The notes under the pieces: model-generated
What the model was told of the DNA's origin: nothing
Databases searched by the model: none
Seen by the model: the letters and a program-made list of their open reading frames with translations, nothing else
Position numbers and translations under genes: made by a program
Virus record (IMG/VR): IMGVR_UViG_3300005613_000030
Span: 22,608 to 86,607 of that record
Reading direction: 5' to 3' (one strand)
Length of the DNA: 64,000 bases
Origin: a virus
In this document: piece after piece, positions 51,596-60,690 of the stretch
Layout: each line of letters begins with the position of its first letter
Numbering within the stretch: the stretch's first letter is position 1

Positions 51596-51831
51596 TGCTC
51601 GTTGTCCTTAAAAGGTCTATTTTGACGCTCAGAGAAATCAACCTCTTGCATCCATCTGATTTTCTCGATATCTTGTCTCATGCGTCTTTGACTATCTGAT
51701 TCTAAATTTTTATTACAATCATTATACATGCAGCGTGCCGATTCACTGTTCTTTTTAATGTCTGGTAAACAGATTAAAATTGTCAATAATGCGATTGCAA
51801 CACCTATACTAATAACAATAAATAGTTCCAT
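51592..51831 (-). CDS. Small membrane protein
   Basis: N-terminal TM helix. Confidence 0.5.
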   Translation of the reverse strand: MELFIVISIGVAIALLTILICLPDIKKNSESARCMYNDCNKNLESDSQRRMRQDIEKIRWMQEVDFSERQNRPFKDNEQ

Positions 51832-51834
51832 ATT

Positions 51835-52059
51835 TTATTTCTCCAATAATATTCTATCCACTTCTTCACTAGTTTCTTGACCATCAGTAATGTTATTAAT
51901 CAAATTCCATATAATATTCTGTAATACTCTTTTTAGTTCCATATTAACATGCTCTGCATGATTAAAAGCTGTTTGATGTTCATCGCACGCCCGTATATTT
52001 AAATCATTAATTGTACATATAAGATCATTATATAATTGCTCTCTATCTTTCTTCAGCAT
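51835..52059 (-). CDS. Hypothetical protein
   Basis: Coupled ORF. Confidence 0.5.
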   Translation of the reverse strand: MLKKDREQLYNDLICTINDLNIRACDEHQTAFNHAEHVNMELKRVLQNIIWNLINNITDGQETSEEVDRILLEK

Positions 52060-52432
52060 CTTCGTCGCTCCCTGTTAATATTTTTGCTTTCATAGTTTTA
52101 TTATTAGTTAACTGTGATTCAAACGTGGCTTCAAAAACAATATTTTCCCAATGAGCTTCTAAATAATCTGTAGTATCTTCATCTAAAAATTGATTTAACT
52201 CATTCTCATTAGTTGTTAAAATAATAACTTTAGCATGATGTTGATGTTCAGTATACATTTTTCCAACGCGCTCTACCATATTGGAGAAATCGTATGGACC
52301 TTTAATAGTACTACATAGCATTTTACATTTATCTCTTTCACCTGTATTTACACCAACAATAAAAGACTTATCATATAACTCTGACAAATCCATTTCACCT
52401 TCATGTAGTTCTGCAATAAAATCTTTACTCAT
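52043..52432 (-). CDS. Hypothetical protein
   Basis: GTATAAT promoter (52449-52455) and SD ggagg. Confidence 0.6.
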   Translation of the reverse strand: MSKDFIAELHEGEMDLSELYDKSFIVGVNTGERDKCKMLCSTIKGPYDFSNMVERVGKMYTEHQHHAKVIILTTNENELNQFLDEDTTDYLEAHWENIVFEATFESQLTNNKTMKAKILTGSDEDAEER

Positions 52433-52508
52433 ATCTCCTCCCTATATAATTATACAATTATATCGAATCGGTTGTAGTGAAACATAAGATTATTAAAAGT
52501 ATGAAATA

Positions 52509-53150
52509 TTAATTATCGAACCAGAAAACTAAGCGAACTTCTGGCACTATATCAAATAGACCATTTGGGCAATAATGAGTATTATCGTGTATATATTTAT
52601 CTAAATATACTGCAATATCCCTATAATCAGGTAACTCATAAAATTCATATACTGCTTTACCAGGGGGTATAGTTTTATAAAGCTCTGCATAGTTGTAAAA
52701 AATATCTTCAATTTTAGTTTTACTGTTAACTAATTTATTATTGAATTTTTCATCATACTCTTCTTGAGTTATCTCACCTTCACGCAATGCATCGTTCCAA
52801 TCTTCTTTAAGCTCTATATCTTCTTGTTTATAGCATTGTTCTAACTGATCCACTGCGTTTTTAAAGGATGCTAGAGATATATGATTTGGTGAGTGTGCAT
52901 CAATGCCCCAACTACAATATTCTTTGTCAATCAATTCACATGCATCGTCAGGGAAACCATTGTCATTGCAAAGCGCTTTACCACCTCGCACTCCATTCAA
53001 TAATCCAAACATAGTATAGTTGCGGTTAGCTGCTTGTATTTCATACGCATAATATTGATCATCCTCTTTGTTAAGCGTATGTTTTGGATGAGCCATCCAT
53101 GGTCCATTACCATAACGAATCTCACAAAACATATGAACATCACATCCCAT
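52509..53150 (-). CDS. Conserved phage hypothetical protein (MGCDxH...RLVFWFDN family)
   Basis: Family motifs RNY..F..L.GVR, HS and RLVFWFDN. Confidence 0.65.
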   Translation of the reverse strand: MGCDVHMFCEIRYGNGPWMAHPKHTLNKEDDQYYAYEIQAANRNYTMFGLLNGVRGGKALCNDNGFPDDACELIDKEYCSWGIDAHSPNHISLASFKNAVDQLEQCYKQEDIELKEDWNDALREGEITQEEYDEKFNNKLVNSKTKIEDIFYNYAELYKTIPPGKAVYEFYELPDYRDIAVYLDKYIHDNTHYCPNGLFDIVPEVRLVFWFDN

Positions 53151-53161
53151 AATAACTCCAT

Positions 53162-53353
53162 TTAATCTTCAGTATTTAGCAAACTTGCATCTATAAGTAT
53201 ATCGATATCTACAGGTATATCGCCTTCTGTTTTATATTCGCTCCATGGTAACTCTGAGATAACATCACGTAAAAACGCTTTCATTGTACATTTACTATAA
53301 CACCGCGCATAATAAATATGCTTATATAGTTTTGGCGTTTCTTTAATTTCCAT
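53162..53353 (-). CDS. Hypothetical protein
   Basis: SD aggag. Confidence 0.5.
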   Translation of the reverse strand: MEIKETPKLYKHIYYARCYSKCTMKAFLRDVISELPWSEYKTEGDIPVDIDILIDASLLNTED

Positions 53354-53361
53354 TAATTCTC

Positions 53362-54147
53362 CTAATATTTGTTACTTTTCTTTAAATTATCTTTAGCCCA
53401 TAGTGGTTGTAAGTTGCTTAATGCATTTACTTTTTCTATATCAAAGCATTTATTCTTAATGAACCAATCAATTGGTTTGATATGGTCTATATGCCATTTG
53501 CCATAGTTATCCCAAGTCATACCTGTAGTAAATTTAGACTCAAAGTGCATTTTAAATTCTTGCCAAGTATAGCCTAATATATCTTTTGTCTTTCGATTAG
53601 CCTTAACAAATCCACCTTTCTTGCATACATTAGTCATATTACTGCTAAATATTTTTCTAATTTTTTGGCATTCAAGATAATATGCTCTATTATCTTTAAC
53701 GTATCTACCATTGTTAATACCAGATCGTTTATTATTTTTAAACGAGCATTTTCTACATTGTGCAGCTGTAGTTGTCTTTTTATTACCACATTGAGGGCAC
53801 ACACTATTACCCGTCCAAGCAGGGTTTTTATTACCCATTTTGTTATTAGATCTTACTATTTTTAAGCATATACCACAATATTTACGCTTACTAGGAATAG
53901 TAATACTACATATATTACATTTACCCTGCATAACCTGCGCTTTCCCATATTTCTCACTAATTATATATCCTTGCTTTATAGAAAAACACTTTCGACACAA
54001 ACCAGATCCATTAATACAATCTCGATATTGCTTTAAATGCTCTCTTTTGCAATTATCGCATTGAAACCATACTTTCTTGCCACTACCATTAGATAGTGTT
54101 TTAATATCAATTTTTAGATCTTTAAGAGTTTTATCAATATTAATCAC
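53362..54147 (-). CDS. HNH-like endonuclease with multiple Zn fingers
   Basis: GSGKKVWFQC zinc ribbon; WHIDHIKP...NLQPLWAKDNLKKSNKY. Confidence 0.85.
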   Translation of the reverse strand: MINIDKTLKDLKIDIKTLSNGSGKKVWFQCDNCKREHLKQYRDCINGSGLCRKCFSIKQGYIISEKYGKAQVMQGKCNICSITIPSKRKYCGICLKIVRSNNKMGNKNPAWTGNSVCPQCGNKKTTTAAQCRKCSFKNNKRSGINNGRYVKDNRAYYLECQKIRKIFSSNMTNVCKKGGFVKANRKTKDILGYTWQEFKMHFESKFTTGMTWDNYGKWHIDHIKPIDWFIKNKCFDIEKVNALSNLQPLWAKDNLKKSNKY

Positions 54148-54887
54148 TACTTACCCATCATTTTCTCAACAATTTTGAAACTTCTTTCATAAATATGCAA
54201 TGAATCAGAGCTAAAAGTGAAAGTACCAATAGATAGATCTTCATAACTATCTTTTAATTCATTCAACATCGTTTCTTGTAATCGAATAAAGAACGGCCAA
54301 TCGTAAACCACTCCAAAGTGTAAATCTGAACTACGCATGCGAACTGTAAAATTTAACTTATTATCTCTAATATGAAAATTAGAATACATAGTACATACAA
54401 AATCTTTATTACCAACATAACAATGCTTTGGCTTATTAAAACGCATAATAGCTTGACGTGTGTCTTTATCTCTTAATAATGATATTTTTGCCCATTCAAA
54501 AGGAGTACGTAAGCAATCTGGATTAGGTTCCATTACTGGCCAACCTTCAGATTCATCCTGTAACACTAAGTGCCCATAGTTAGAATTAATAGTTCCATCA
54601 GGGTTAGCGAGTTGTCCCCAAAACTTAGATATTTTAACGGCATCTTCTACATCTCTAGATCCACTTAAATACCATTTCATTTCATTTTTAGTGTAACGAT
54701 CGATGACACTGTTTCGTTCAGTATCTTTAGTTATGATTGACTCAGACTTAGGATTTAAGATCATAACTTGATAATTCATCTTTTCTCTAATTGCCATCCC
54801 ACGCGGTGAGCACATAAATTCTGGATTATTATATACATCTGCCAAAGTTCCTAAATATGCCTCATGTATATTGTTATATCTCTTCAC
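54147..54887 (-). CDS. Thymidylate-synthase-family enzyme with dCMP-hydroxymethylase (T4 gp42)-like signature
   Basis: INSNYG, DFVCT, RSSDLHFGVVYD and SLHIYE motifs. Confidence 0.8.
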   Translation of the reverse strand: MKRYNNIHEAYLGTLADVYNNPEFMCSPRGMAIREKMNYQVMILNPKSESIITKDTERNSVIDRYTKNEMKWYLSGSRDVEDAVKISKFWGQLANPDGTINSNYGHLVLQDESEGWPVMEPNPDCLRTPFEWAKISLLRDKDTRQAIMRFNKPKHCYVGNKDFVCTMYSNFHIRDNKLNFTVRMRSSDLHFGVVYDWPFFIRLQETMLNELKDSYEDLSIGTFTFSSDSLHIYERSFKIVEKMMGK

Positions 54888-54898
54888 GATTGCTCCTA

Positions 54899-55090
54899 TT
54901 ATTTATTGGTAATTCTAGCTAAAACTTCACCAGGTTCATCACTGTACGAATCATTATCCATAGTGATAATACCTAAATTATATAGTGCTTGATTAAAGCG
55001 CATATCTGGATTTTCACGTAAATACGATTCAAGTATTTGCATAATCAATATGTTGTCCATTTGCCTAATCATTCTTAATTTTAGATCCAT
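54899..55090 (-). CDS. Conserved small phage protein (NPD.RF.Q.L.NL family)
   Basis: ENPDMRFNQALYNLG. Confidence 0.55.
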   Translation of the reverse strand: MDLKLRMIRQMDNILIMQILESYLRENPDMRFNQALYNLGIITMDNDSYSDEPGEVLARITNK

Positions 55091-55116
55091 GTGACCACCT
55101 TATGGTATGATATGCC

Positions 55117-55497
55117 TTATTCATCATTATTATACTCACGTAATACCTCTTCCAAGTTATTAACCCAACATCCGTAACCCATTGATTTTTTAGTTAATTT
55201 CTTCATTAATTGACCAATTCTATTAAAAAGATGACCATATACAAAAGTACTTTCTTTAGCTTTTCTTGTGCTATCATAATTTTTTAATGCAATCACTACT
55301 TCACATCTAAGGTGCTGACGAATATCATTCATAGTGTAGCCAGAATTACCTAATGCTGTATCACCATCATATTTTTTAATACTTGCTTCATTCCAATTCT
55401 TGATAACGCTTTTTCTTAACCACGATTCAATCATGGGGTCATATTTTTTAATATCTTCATTAGTTACAACTCTATTGGTTCTAGTTTTAGTAGCCAT
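55117..55497 (-). CDS. Sigma70 region-2-only protein
   Basis: MNDIRQ...ALKNYD..RKAKESTFVYGHLFN. Confidence 0.55.
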   Translation of the reverse strand: MATKTRTNRVVTNEDIKKYDPMIESWLRKSVIKNWNEASIKKYDGDTALGNSGYTMNDIRQHLRCEVVIALKNYDSTRKAKESTFVYGHLFNRIGQLMKKLTKKSMGYGCWVNNLEEVLREYNNDE

Positions 55498-55507
55498 ACT
55501 TACTTCC

Positions 55508-56002
55508 TTATTTTAAATATTTCTTAATTAATTGTGTTAATAACATTAACATGATTGCGTTATATTTTTTCGTCTCGGTTGCATCACGCTTATTATATCT
55601 AGTATTCATCCAATAACTATATATTGACAATACAGAGTTATTAAGCTCTATACAGTCATTGCAATTACGGCGTATAAGATCATAAAGTTGGTTATAAAGT
55701 TTTGTTTGTCTAACCCGTTTTACAGATGATACATTTCTTAATATACATAATAGCTCACTATTCACATTACTCATTAATTGATCGTATGTTCTTTTTGTAT
55801 CAATAGTGTACTTCATTGTAGATTTATCTAATCGTTGCTGCACATTGTTAATAATAAGTTGTGAAAATGCGTTTTCACCGTGATACTCTACAGCATCATT
55901 GCAACTAAAAAATAAATTACCATATGAATCAGTTAAATTAAATTTAGATGCACTTGGTTTGATTGATTCTATTTCTTTTTTAATGAACTCAACATTTTTC
56001 AT
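55508..56002 (-). CDS. Hypothetical protein
   Basis: SD gaggag. Confidence 0.55.
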   Translation of the reverse strand: MKNVEFIKKEIESIKPSASKFNLTDSYGNLFFSCNDAVEYHGENAFSQLIINNVQQRLDKSTMKYTIDTKRTYDQLMSNVNSELLCILRNVSSVKRVRQTKLYNQLYDLIRRNCNDCIELNNSVLSIYSYWMNTRYNKRDATETKKYNAIMLMLLTQLIKKYLK

Positions 56003-56724
56003 AACTCCTCCTCATTATCTAAGCTATAAATTGGTGCTCCATTTAACATTAAGATCTTAAACATGCAGAGATTCTTAACTGCAGCCATGTTATTATGACG
56101 AATATAACTCACTAACCAATCAGTGAATTTAATGCCTAAATTGTAATTACGTATATTAATTCTTTGCTCTTTAAACTGGGTTAATAACCCGTCAATAAGT
56201 AAAGTTCGTTTATTTCGCATTGAACGCATTCTGTTCATGCCTGTAATATCGAATATCTCAGCAATCTCATTAATGTTAGCTTTATGACACTCACTAGCTC
56301 GATATGTTGCATTGCGTAATTTTCTTTTTAAATTGTGTATAATTTTCTCTAATAGTTCTTTGTCAGACATGCCATCACGGCATTTCTTTAAAGTTACTTG
56401 CCCAACTAAAACACCTTCATCAAAATCGATATAACATTCATCAGCGAAATTAGGAGTAACTTGGATTTTAAAGAAATCGCATAAATTAAAAGTATCGAAT
56501 TTACTGCAATCGATCTCTAATTGATTAGCTAGTTTTCTGATTATGGATTGAGGCCTAATTGAATCAATATTCCAATATCCAGCAGCACTTAATGATTTAA
56601 TCATTTCATAGTCTAAGTTGATTTCTTCTGGTACTTTTCTTAACTCATCATTGAAATCGCACTGAAAAGGCTCAATCATCTTAGATATATCATCTAAATT
56701 TTCAAAAACACTATCAGTAAACAT
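55999..56724 (-). CDS. Hypothetical protein (start at 56724 after ggagg)
   Basis: SD position. Confidence 0.55.
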   Translation of the reverse strand: MFTDSVFENLDDISKMIEPFQCDFNDELRKVPEEINLDYEMIKSLSAAGYWNIDSIRPQSIIRKLANQLEIDCSKFDTFNLCDFFKIQVTPNFADECYIDFDEGVLVGQVTLKKCRDGMSDKELLEKIIHNLKRKLRNATYRASECHKANINEIAEIFDITGMNRMRSMRNKRTLLIDGLLTQFKEQRINIRNYNLGIKFTDWLVSYIRHNNMAAVKNLCMFKILMLNGAPIYSLDNEEEL

Positions 56725-56776
56725 ATAACCTCCAAAAAAACACATATTATTGGTATGGTAATATATCGAATCGGTT

Positions 56777-56965
56777 TTATTTTTTAGGTCCGTAATAGAA
56801 TTCTGGTGAGGTATCGTCGTTATATTGCTCTTGAGCTTGTGGGTGATGAACACGTAGATAATTATGAATTAAACTTAGGATATCACCCCATTGCATATCA
56901 TGCTCAATACACATTTCTTCGGTGATTTCTTCAATATCAGAAATTATATCGCCTAACGGTCGCAC
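56777..56965 (-). CDS. Hypothetical protein
   Basis: GTG start overlapping the upstream stop. Confidence 0.5.
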   Translation of the reverse strand: MRPLGDIISDIEEITEEMCIEHDMQWGDILSLIHNYLRVHHPQAQEQYNDDTSPEFYYGPKK

Positions 56966-57213
56966 TATTCCCCCTTATATTGATTTAAAAAATATTCTTT
57001 TGGTATCTCCGAATACGGCATTTTACACGATGTATCACGGTGCACCTTCATAGTGTCTCCTTGAATCTCATAATGCCAAGCTACACGGACCATGCCATGA
57101 TATAAAAACACGGGGTAAAACTTATCTTGATGCTCATAAACACAGATTGTATCGACATCGTCTAAATTATAAACTTGACATACATCTCCGTTATTAATTG
57201 TTGTAAAATACAT
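56965..57213 (-). CDS. Hypothetical protein
   Basis: Coupled ORF. Confidence 0.5.
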   Translation of the reverse strand: MYFTTINNGDVCQVYNLDDVDTICVYEHQDKFYPVFLYHGMVRVAWHYEIQGDTMKVHRDTSCKMPYSEIPKEYFLNQYKGE

Positions 57214-57219
57214 ATTTAC

Positions 57220-57918
57220 CTACTTTGGGTTAACATCGGGTAATTCCCGTAATATTTCATAAATATCTCTAATTCTTTTAATATCACCATCTTCTACTTC
57301 TATATTCATTTCAGTTGCTATTTCATCTAAATTACGATTATGAGCTGCATCTACTAAAAATACGTTTTTCACTTTACTTTTATCCATAACCTTTAATACT
57401 GTTTGAGCACGATCGTCAGCAAAAGCTCGAATATTGTATCGTTTACTTAATTCTTTAAGAATTTTAACTTTGTCACTAGAAAAATGTAATTCATCATATA
57501 CGACTTTTTGATGCATGGCATTAATTTCAGTTTGTTCTTTATATTTCTCATCTCTAGCTGTTAGTATTATGACTTTATAACCCAACGTTCTCATATCGTA
57601 TATTGCTTTTCTAGCCTCTCTAATAACTGGTAATGAAGCATAAATTCCATGCTTTTCATATGTCTTAAAGGTGTTCATTAATTCTTCACCAGTGACAGTA
57701 TTACCTCTTGCATCTGTTAATGATACTCCTTTAAAACCCCAACCTTTGACGTCGTTTTTAGTCATGCATGTTCCATTATAGAGATTATGAACTGAACATA
57801 AGAAGCCCATGAAATCGACGACTGTGTCGTCGTAATCTAAGACAACCGCATGAGGTTTACGTTTACGTTTTGGCTTATCATTCTTCATTTCTGATGCCTT
57901 TGGTTGAGTTTCTATCAT
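57220..57918 (-). CDS. HAD-family 5'(3')-deoxyribonucleotidase (NT5C-like)
   Basis: VLDYDDTVVD, ILTAR, K and FADD motifs. Confidence 0.8.
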   Translation of the reverse strand: MIETQPKASEMKNDKPKRKRKPHAVVLDYDDTVVDFMGFLCSVHNLYNGTCMTKNDVKGWGFKGVSLTDARGNTVTGEELMNTFKTYEKHGIYASLPVIREARKAIYDMRTLGYKVIILTARDEKYKEQTEINAMHQKVVYDELHFSSDKVKILKELSKRYNIRAFADDRAQTVLKVMDKSKVKNVFLVDAAHNRNLDEIATEMNIEVEDGDIKRIRDIYEILRELPDVNPK

Positions 57919-57968
57919 ATCAATCCCGCTTTATTTATAATCAGATATTAGAAGCTTTATACTGTCAG

Positions 57969-58268
57969 TTATTTCTTTATAGTATATCCGAGTTCTTCAG
58001 CCCGCTTTACTGATAATTCTCCACGCTTTTCATCAGCTTTTTTAGTACGTATATATTTTAAACGGTCAAAGTTTACAAATTTACCAGTTTGCTCTTCTAT
58101 TAAGAACACTTGACCTTCATCAGATTGAAAATGCGTACCAACCCCTAATGTCTCAATGGCTTCTTTTAGATCTTCATAATACTTTTTAATTTCTGCTTTT
58201 TGCTCATCTAACTCTAATAATCTTTTAATTGCTTCTTCTTTAGTCATTATATTCTCCATATAGTTCAT
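57969..58268 (-). CDS. Hypothetical protein
   Basis: ORF in a tightly packed operon. Confidence 0.55.
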   Translation of the reverse strand: MNYMENIMTKEEAIKRLLELDEQKAEIKKYYEDLKEAIETLGVGTHFQSDEGQVFLIEEQTGKFVNFDRLKYIRTKKADEKRGELSVKRAEELGYTIKK

Positions 58269-58605
58269 TGATTTTATTAGCTATTTCAAGTAGTTTTCTC
58301 TTAGGGATTTCTTGACAACCAACTTGTGCCCCTGTTAATGAAAAATATATATCATAACTTTCGCTTAACTGCATTTTTCGCGTACCAAATATAAATTCTA
58401 ATAACATTGTTTCAGGTTTAACTACGTTTATCTCATGTAGGCATACCATGCATTCCCATCCATCAAACCATTGTATACGATAACGATATGAATAATCGCT
58501 TTGCTTTTCTATATCACTAATTACTCCATAAACACCTTTTACTGAATCATAGTGTGATCGATTAGTGGAAACTACAAAATCTCCAATTTTTAATTTACGG
58601 TTCAT
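58240..58605 (-). CDS. Hypothetical protein (SH3-like beta barrel)
   Basis: LKIGDFV...GVI...YRIQW. Confidence 0.5.
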   Translation of the reverse strand: MNRKLKIGDFVVSTNRSHYDSVKGVYGVISDIEKQSDYSYRYRIQWFDGWECMVCLHEINVVKPETMLLEFIFGTRKMQLSESYDIYFSLTGAQVGCQEIPKRKLLEIANKINELYGEYND

Positions 58606-59243
58606 ATCTCCTCCCTTAATTCTTCAAGTGTCATTTTGTTCCAATATCGTCTATGTTTAACTCTAATTAAATCTTTTAATTCAGTCATACCATTAGCTTT
58701 AGCGAGCTTAACAATAAATGAGATATTTTTTTGATAATACTCTATTTCATCAAGTATTAAAGCTCTACGCAATTCATCGGCGGTTCTAAATTTACGTAAC
58801 CATTCTTCTGTACTTAACATGGCATTATCAACTAATTCTTTTTTAGTCATAGTAGACGCCATATATTTACATTGATCAAGAGGAAAGCCTTCAAATACGT
58901 ACTCGTTTCGTTCAATTCTTTGTCGAGTGATTTTAGCTAATAATAATTTTTCTTGATCTTCTGTTATCTTAGATGTTCCCACTATTTCCCCTATTACCTT
59001 TGCTGATACATATTTAGTAAATTGTTTTTCTGATACTTTTAATTTGCCATAATATGCTTTAGCTTCTTCTCTTAGTTTAAATTCAAGTTGCTCTGATATG
59101 GGTAATATGATTGAAATTGTTCCATCTTTATTTAATGTATGTAATTCATCGCATCCACAATAAGAGCATACTTTTAATTTCATATTTTTATACGTTCGTG
59201 AACAATTAATGCAATATTTTTTCATCTCTATTCTCCAATTCAT
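58602..59243 (-). CDS. Hypothetical protein with N-terminal Zn ribbon
   Basis: CINC..CSYCG. Confidence 0.55.
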   Translation of the reverse strand: MNWRIEMKKYCINCSRTYKNMKLKVCSYCGCDELHTLNKDGTISIILPISEQLEFKLREEAKAYYGKLKVSEKQFTKYVSAKVIGEIVGTSKITEDQEKLLLAKITRQRIERNEYVFEGFPLDQCKYMASTMTKKELVDNAMLSTEEWLRKFRTADELRRALILDEIEYYQKNISFIVKLAKANGMTELKDLIRVKHRRYWNKMTLEELREEI

Positions 59244-59772
59244 CGTTGTCTTCTACTAAATATAAATGCGACTTCTTTGATGGTTTAACATCATTAGATA
59301 CTGATGCACTGTGTACATCTTTTAATTGATCTAATACATCTTTTAATGAGCGTGTTTTAGTTGTGCCATCTTCTAATAGAATCTGTACCTCTGGATTATG
59401 GCCGCTATCTAATATCTCTTTAATGATTTTTTGTCGTTTTAAATCTAATTCTCTCATCTGCCTAACAATATCATTCTTATATTTAGAGTGAGCAGCATTT
59501 TTACTAGGCTGATTGCATGCTGCTTGTAATTGTAGCATTTGTTCAGATATTTCTCTTACTTTTTGAAACTTAATCTTTGTGTTGATTGTCGATAAAGCTT
59601 CGTCTTCACTTTTATTGTTAGTTTTATTATCAGTTTTAAATTTATCTAATAATTTTGTTAATTGTTGTCGTTGCCTACGAATAGATATGGTAGCATAAAA
59701 ATACATTGCAAATAATGTAGCTATTGAGCTAACAATAGCTGTAATCACCAATAATAAGATATTCATTTCCAT
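59206..59772 (-). CDS. Membrane-anchored coiled-coil protein
   Basis: N-terminal TM helix. Confidence 0.55.
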   Translation of the reverse strand: MEMNILLLVITAIVSSIATLFAMYFYATISIRRQRQQLTKLLDKFKTDNKTNNKSEDEALSTINTKIKFQKVREISEQMLQLQAACNQPSKNAAHSKYKNDIVRQMRELDLKRQKIIKEILDSGHNPEVQILLEDGTTKTRSLKDVLDQLKDVHSASVSNDVKPSKKSHLYLVEDNDELENRDEKILH

Positions 59773-59910
59773 TTCTTCTCCTTTTTTATATAAAAATCGA
59801 ATCGGTTATGATTAAATATGTCACGTTTAAGAAAATATGCTTGTCGAGTGTCAGGTATGACACCTAATTTAAGAAACAAATCAACAAACACACATACAGT
59901 GTAATAAGGA

Positions 59911-60500
59911 TTATTTTCTTGCTCTTTCCCGGCAAAAAATCGCTTCAATTTCGCCAATATGAACTGGACGAAGCCACGCATCATACCCCACATGGATACT
60001 CCTGCCATTTAATCTCTCCTTTGAATGTGTATGCCCATGAATTAGCCAACCACCTTTATCTACTGGGCAAGCGTCTCTAAGTCTATACCATTTCTTATGT
60101 TTAATTCGATATTTTAAATTTCCCCACCAACTTATTCTATAAGGATAGTGACATATTTTGACTCTTTCACCAGCAATATCCATTTCTAACGAATCACAAG
60201 AGAATGAAAAACCCTGTGACATAGCTTGAAAATGCGATGATTTATCATGGTTTCCTCTTATTCTGATTTTACTACCATTAATTCGTGATAAAATTAGTTT
60301 AGTTTGCTGAGTACCACAGAAAAATACATCTCCAACGATAACTAATGTATCATTGGGCCAACAACTTTATTAATACGTTTAATTATTTCTTCGTCATGAT
60401 CTTCAACATCTAATCCGGGTCTATCAGGGCAAAATAGCTTAATATTTTTATGGCAAAAGTGTAAATCACTAATAAACCACACGTGATGACTTCGTTTCAT
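59911..60500 (-). pseudogene. Calcineurin-like phosphoesterase split by a 1-nt frameshift near 60345-60365
   Basis: 5' frame MKRSHHVWFISDLHFCH...KVVGPMIH*; the -1 frame continues PNDTLVIVGDVF...RGNHD...CHYP...IHGHTH...VGYD. Confidence 0.75.
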
Positions 60501-60517
60501 AATTCTCCCTTAAACTT

Positions 60518-60672
60518 AATAGTGAGGGCTTTCCACCCTCTCGCTGGGTTTGGTACACATGAGTCAGTCACCTACTCTTTTACACTGATTACAGTAACCT
60601 TGCGGGATTTGTTTCCACCAGACTATTGAGATGCTGTCTTGACCATAAAGGAATATAGGCAACATCTCTCAT
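60518..60672 (-). ncRNA. Putative structured RNA or leader of unknown family
   Basis: GC-richer intergenic tract behind a GTATAAT promoter, with several nested helices, two GNRA tetraloops and two UGGAAA motifs. Confidence 0.55.
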
Positions 60673-60690
60673 AATAATATTATACTGATT

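Larger units (their letters stand above)
183..60685. promoter_or_regulatory. Dispersed family of (T/A)(G/A)GTATAAT extended -10 promoters
   Basis: Intergenic GTATAAT on + at 183, 5282, 11928, 16513, 18524, 19503, 27733, 29642, 30209, 33094, 41237 and 42079; on - at 38258, 48077, 52449 and 60679; each points into a gene start. Confidence 0.75.

Noticed and set aside
53362-54147. Flanking direct repeat for the HNH copies at 53362 and 60691
   Set aside because: Only 5-6 nt AT-rich matches, indistinguishable from chance; not used as evidence for duplication.
60518-60672. Cobalamin riboswitch, tRNA or tmRNA
   Set aside because: CCCGCAA and CUGUAA give only a superficial resemblance. There is no GGGAA/B12 box, no GGTTCGA T-loop, no anticodon arm and no CCA end.
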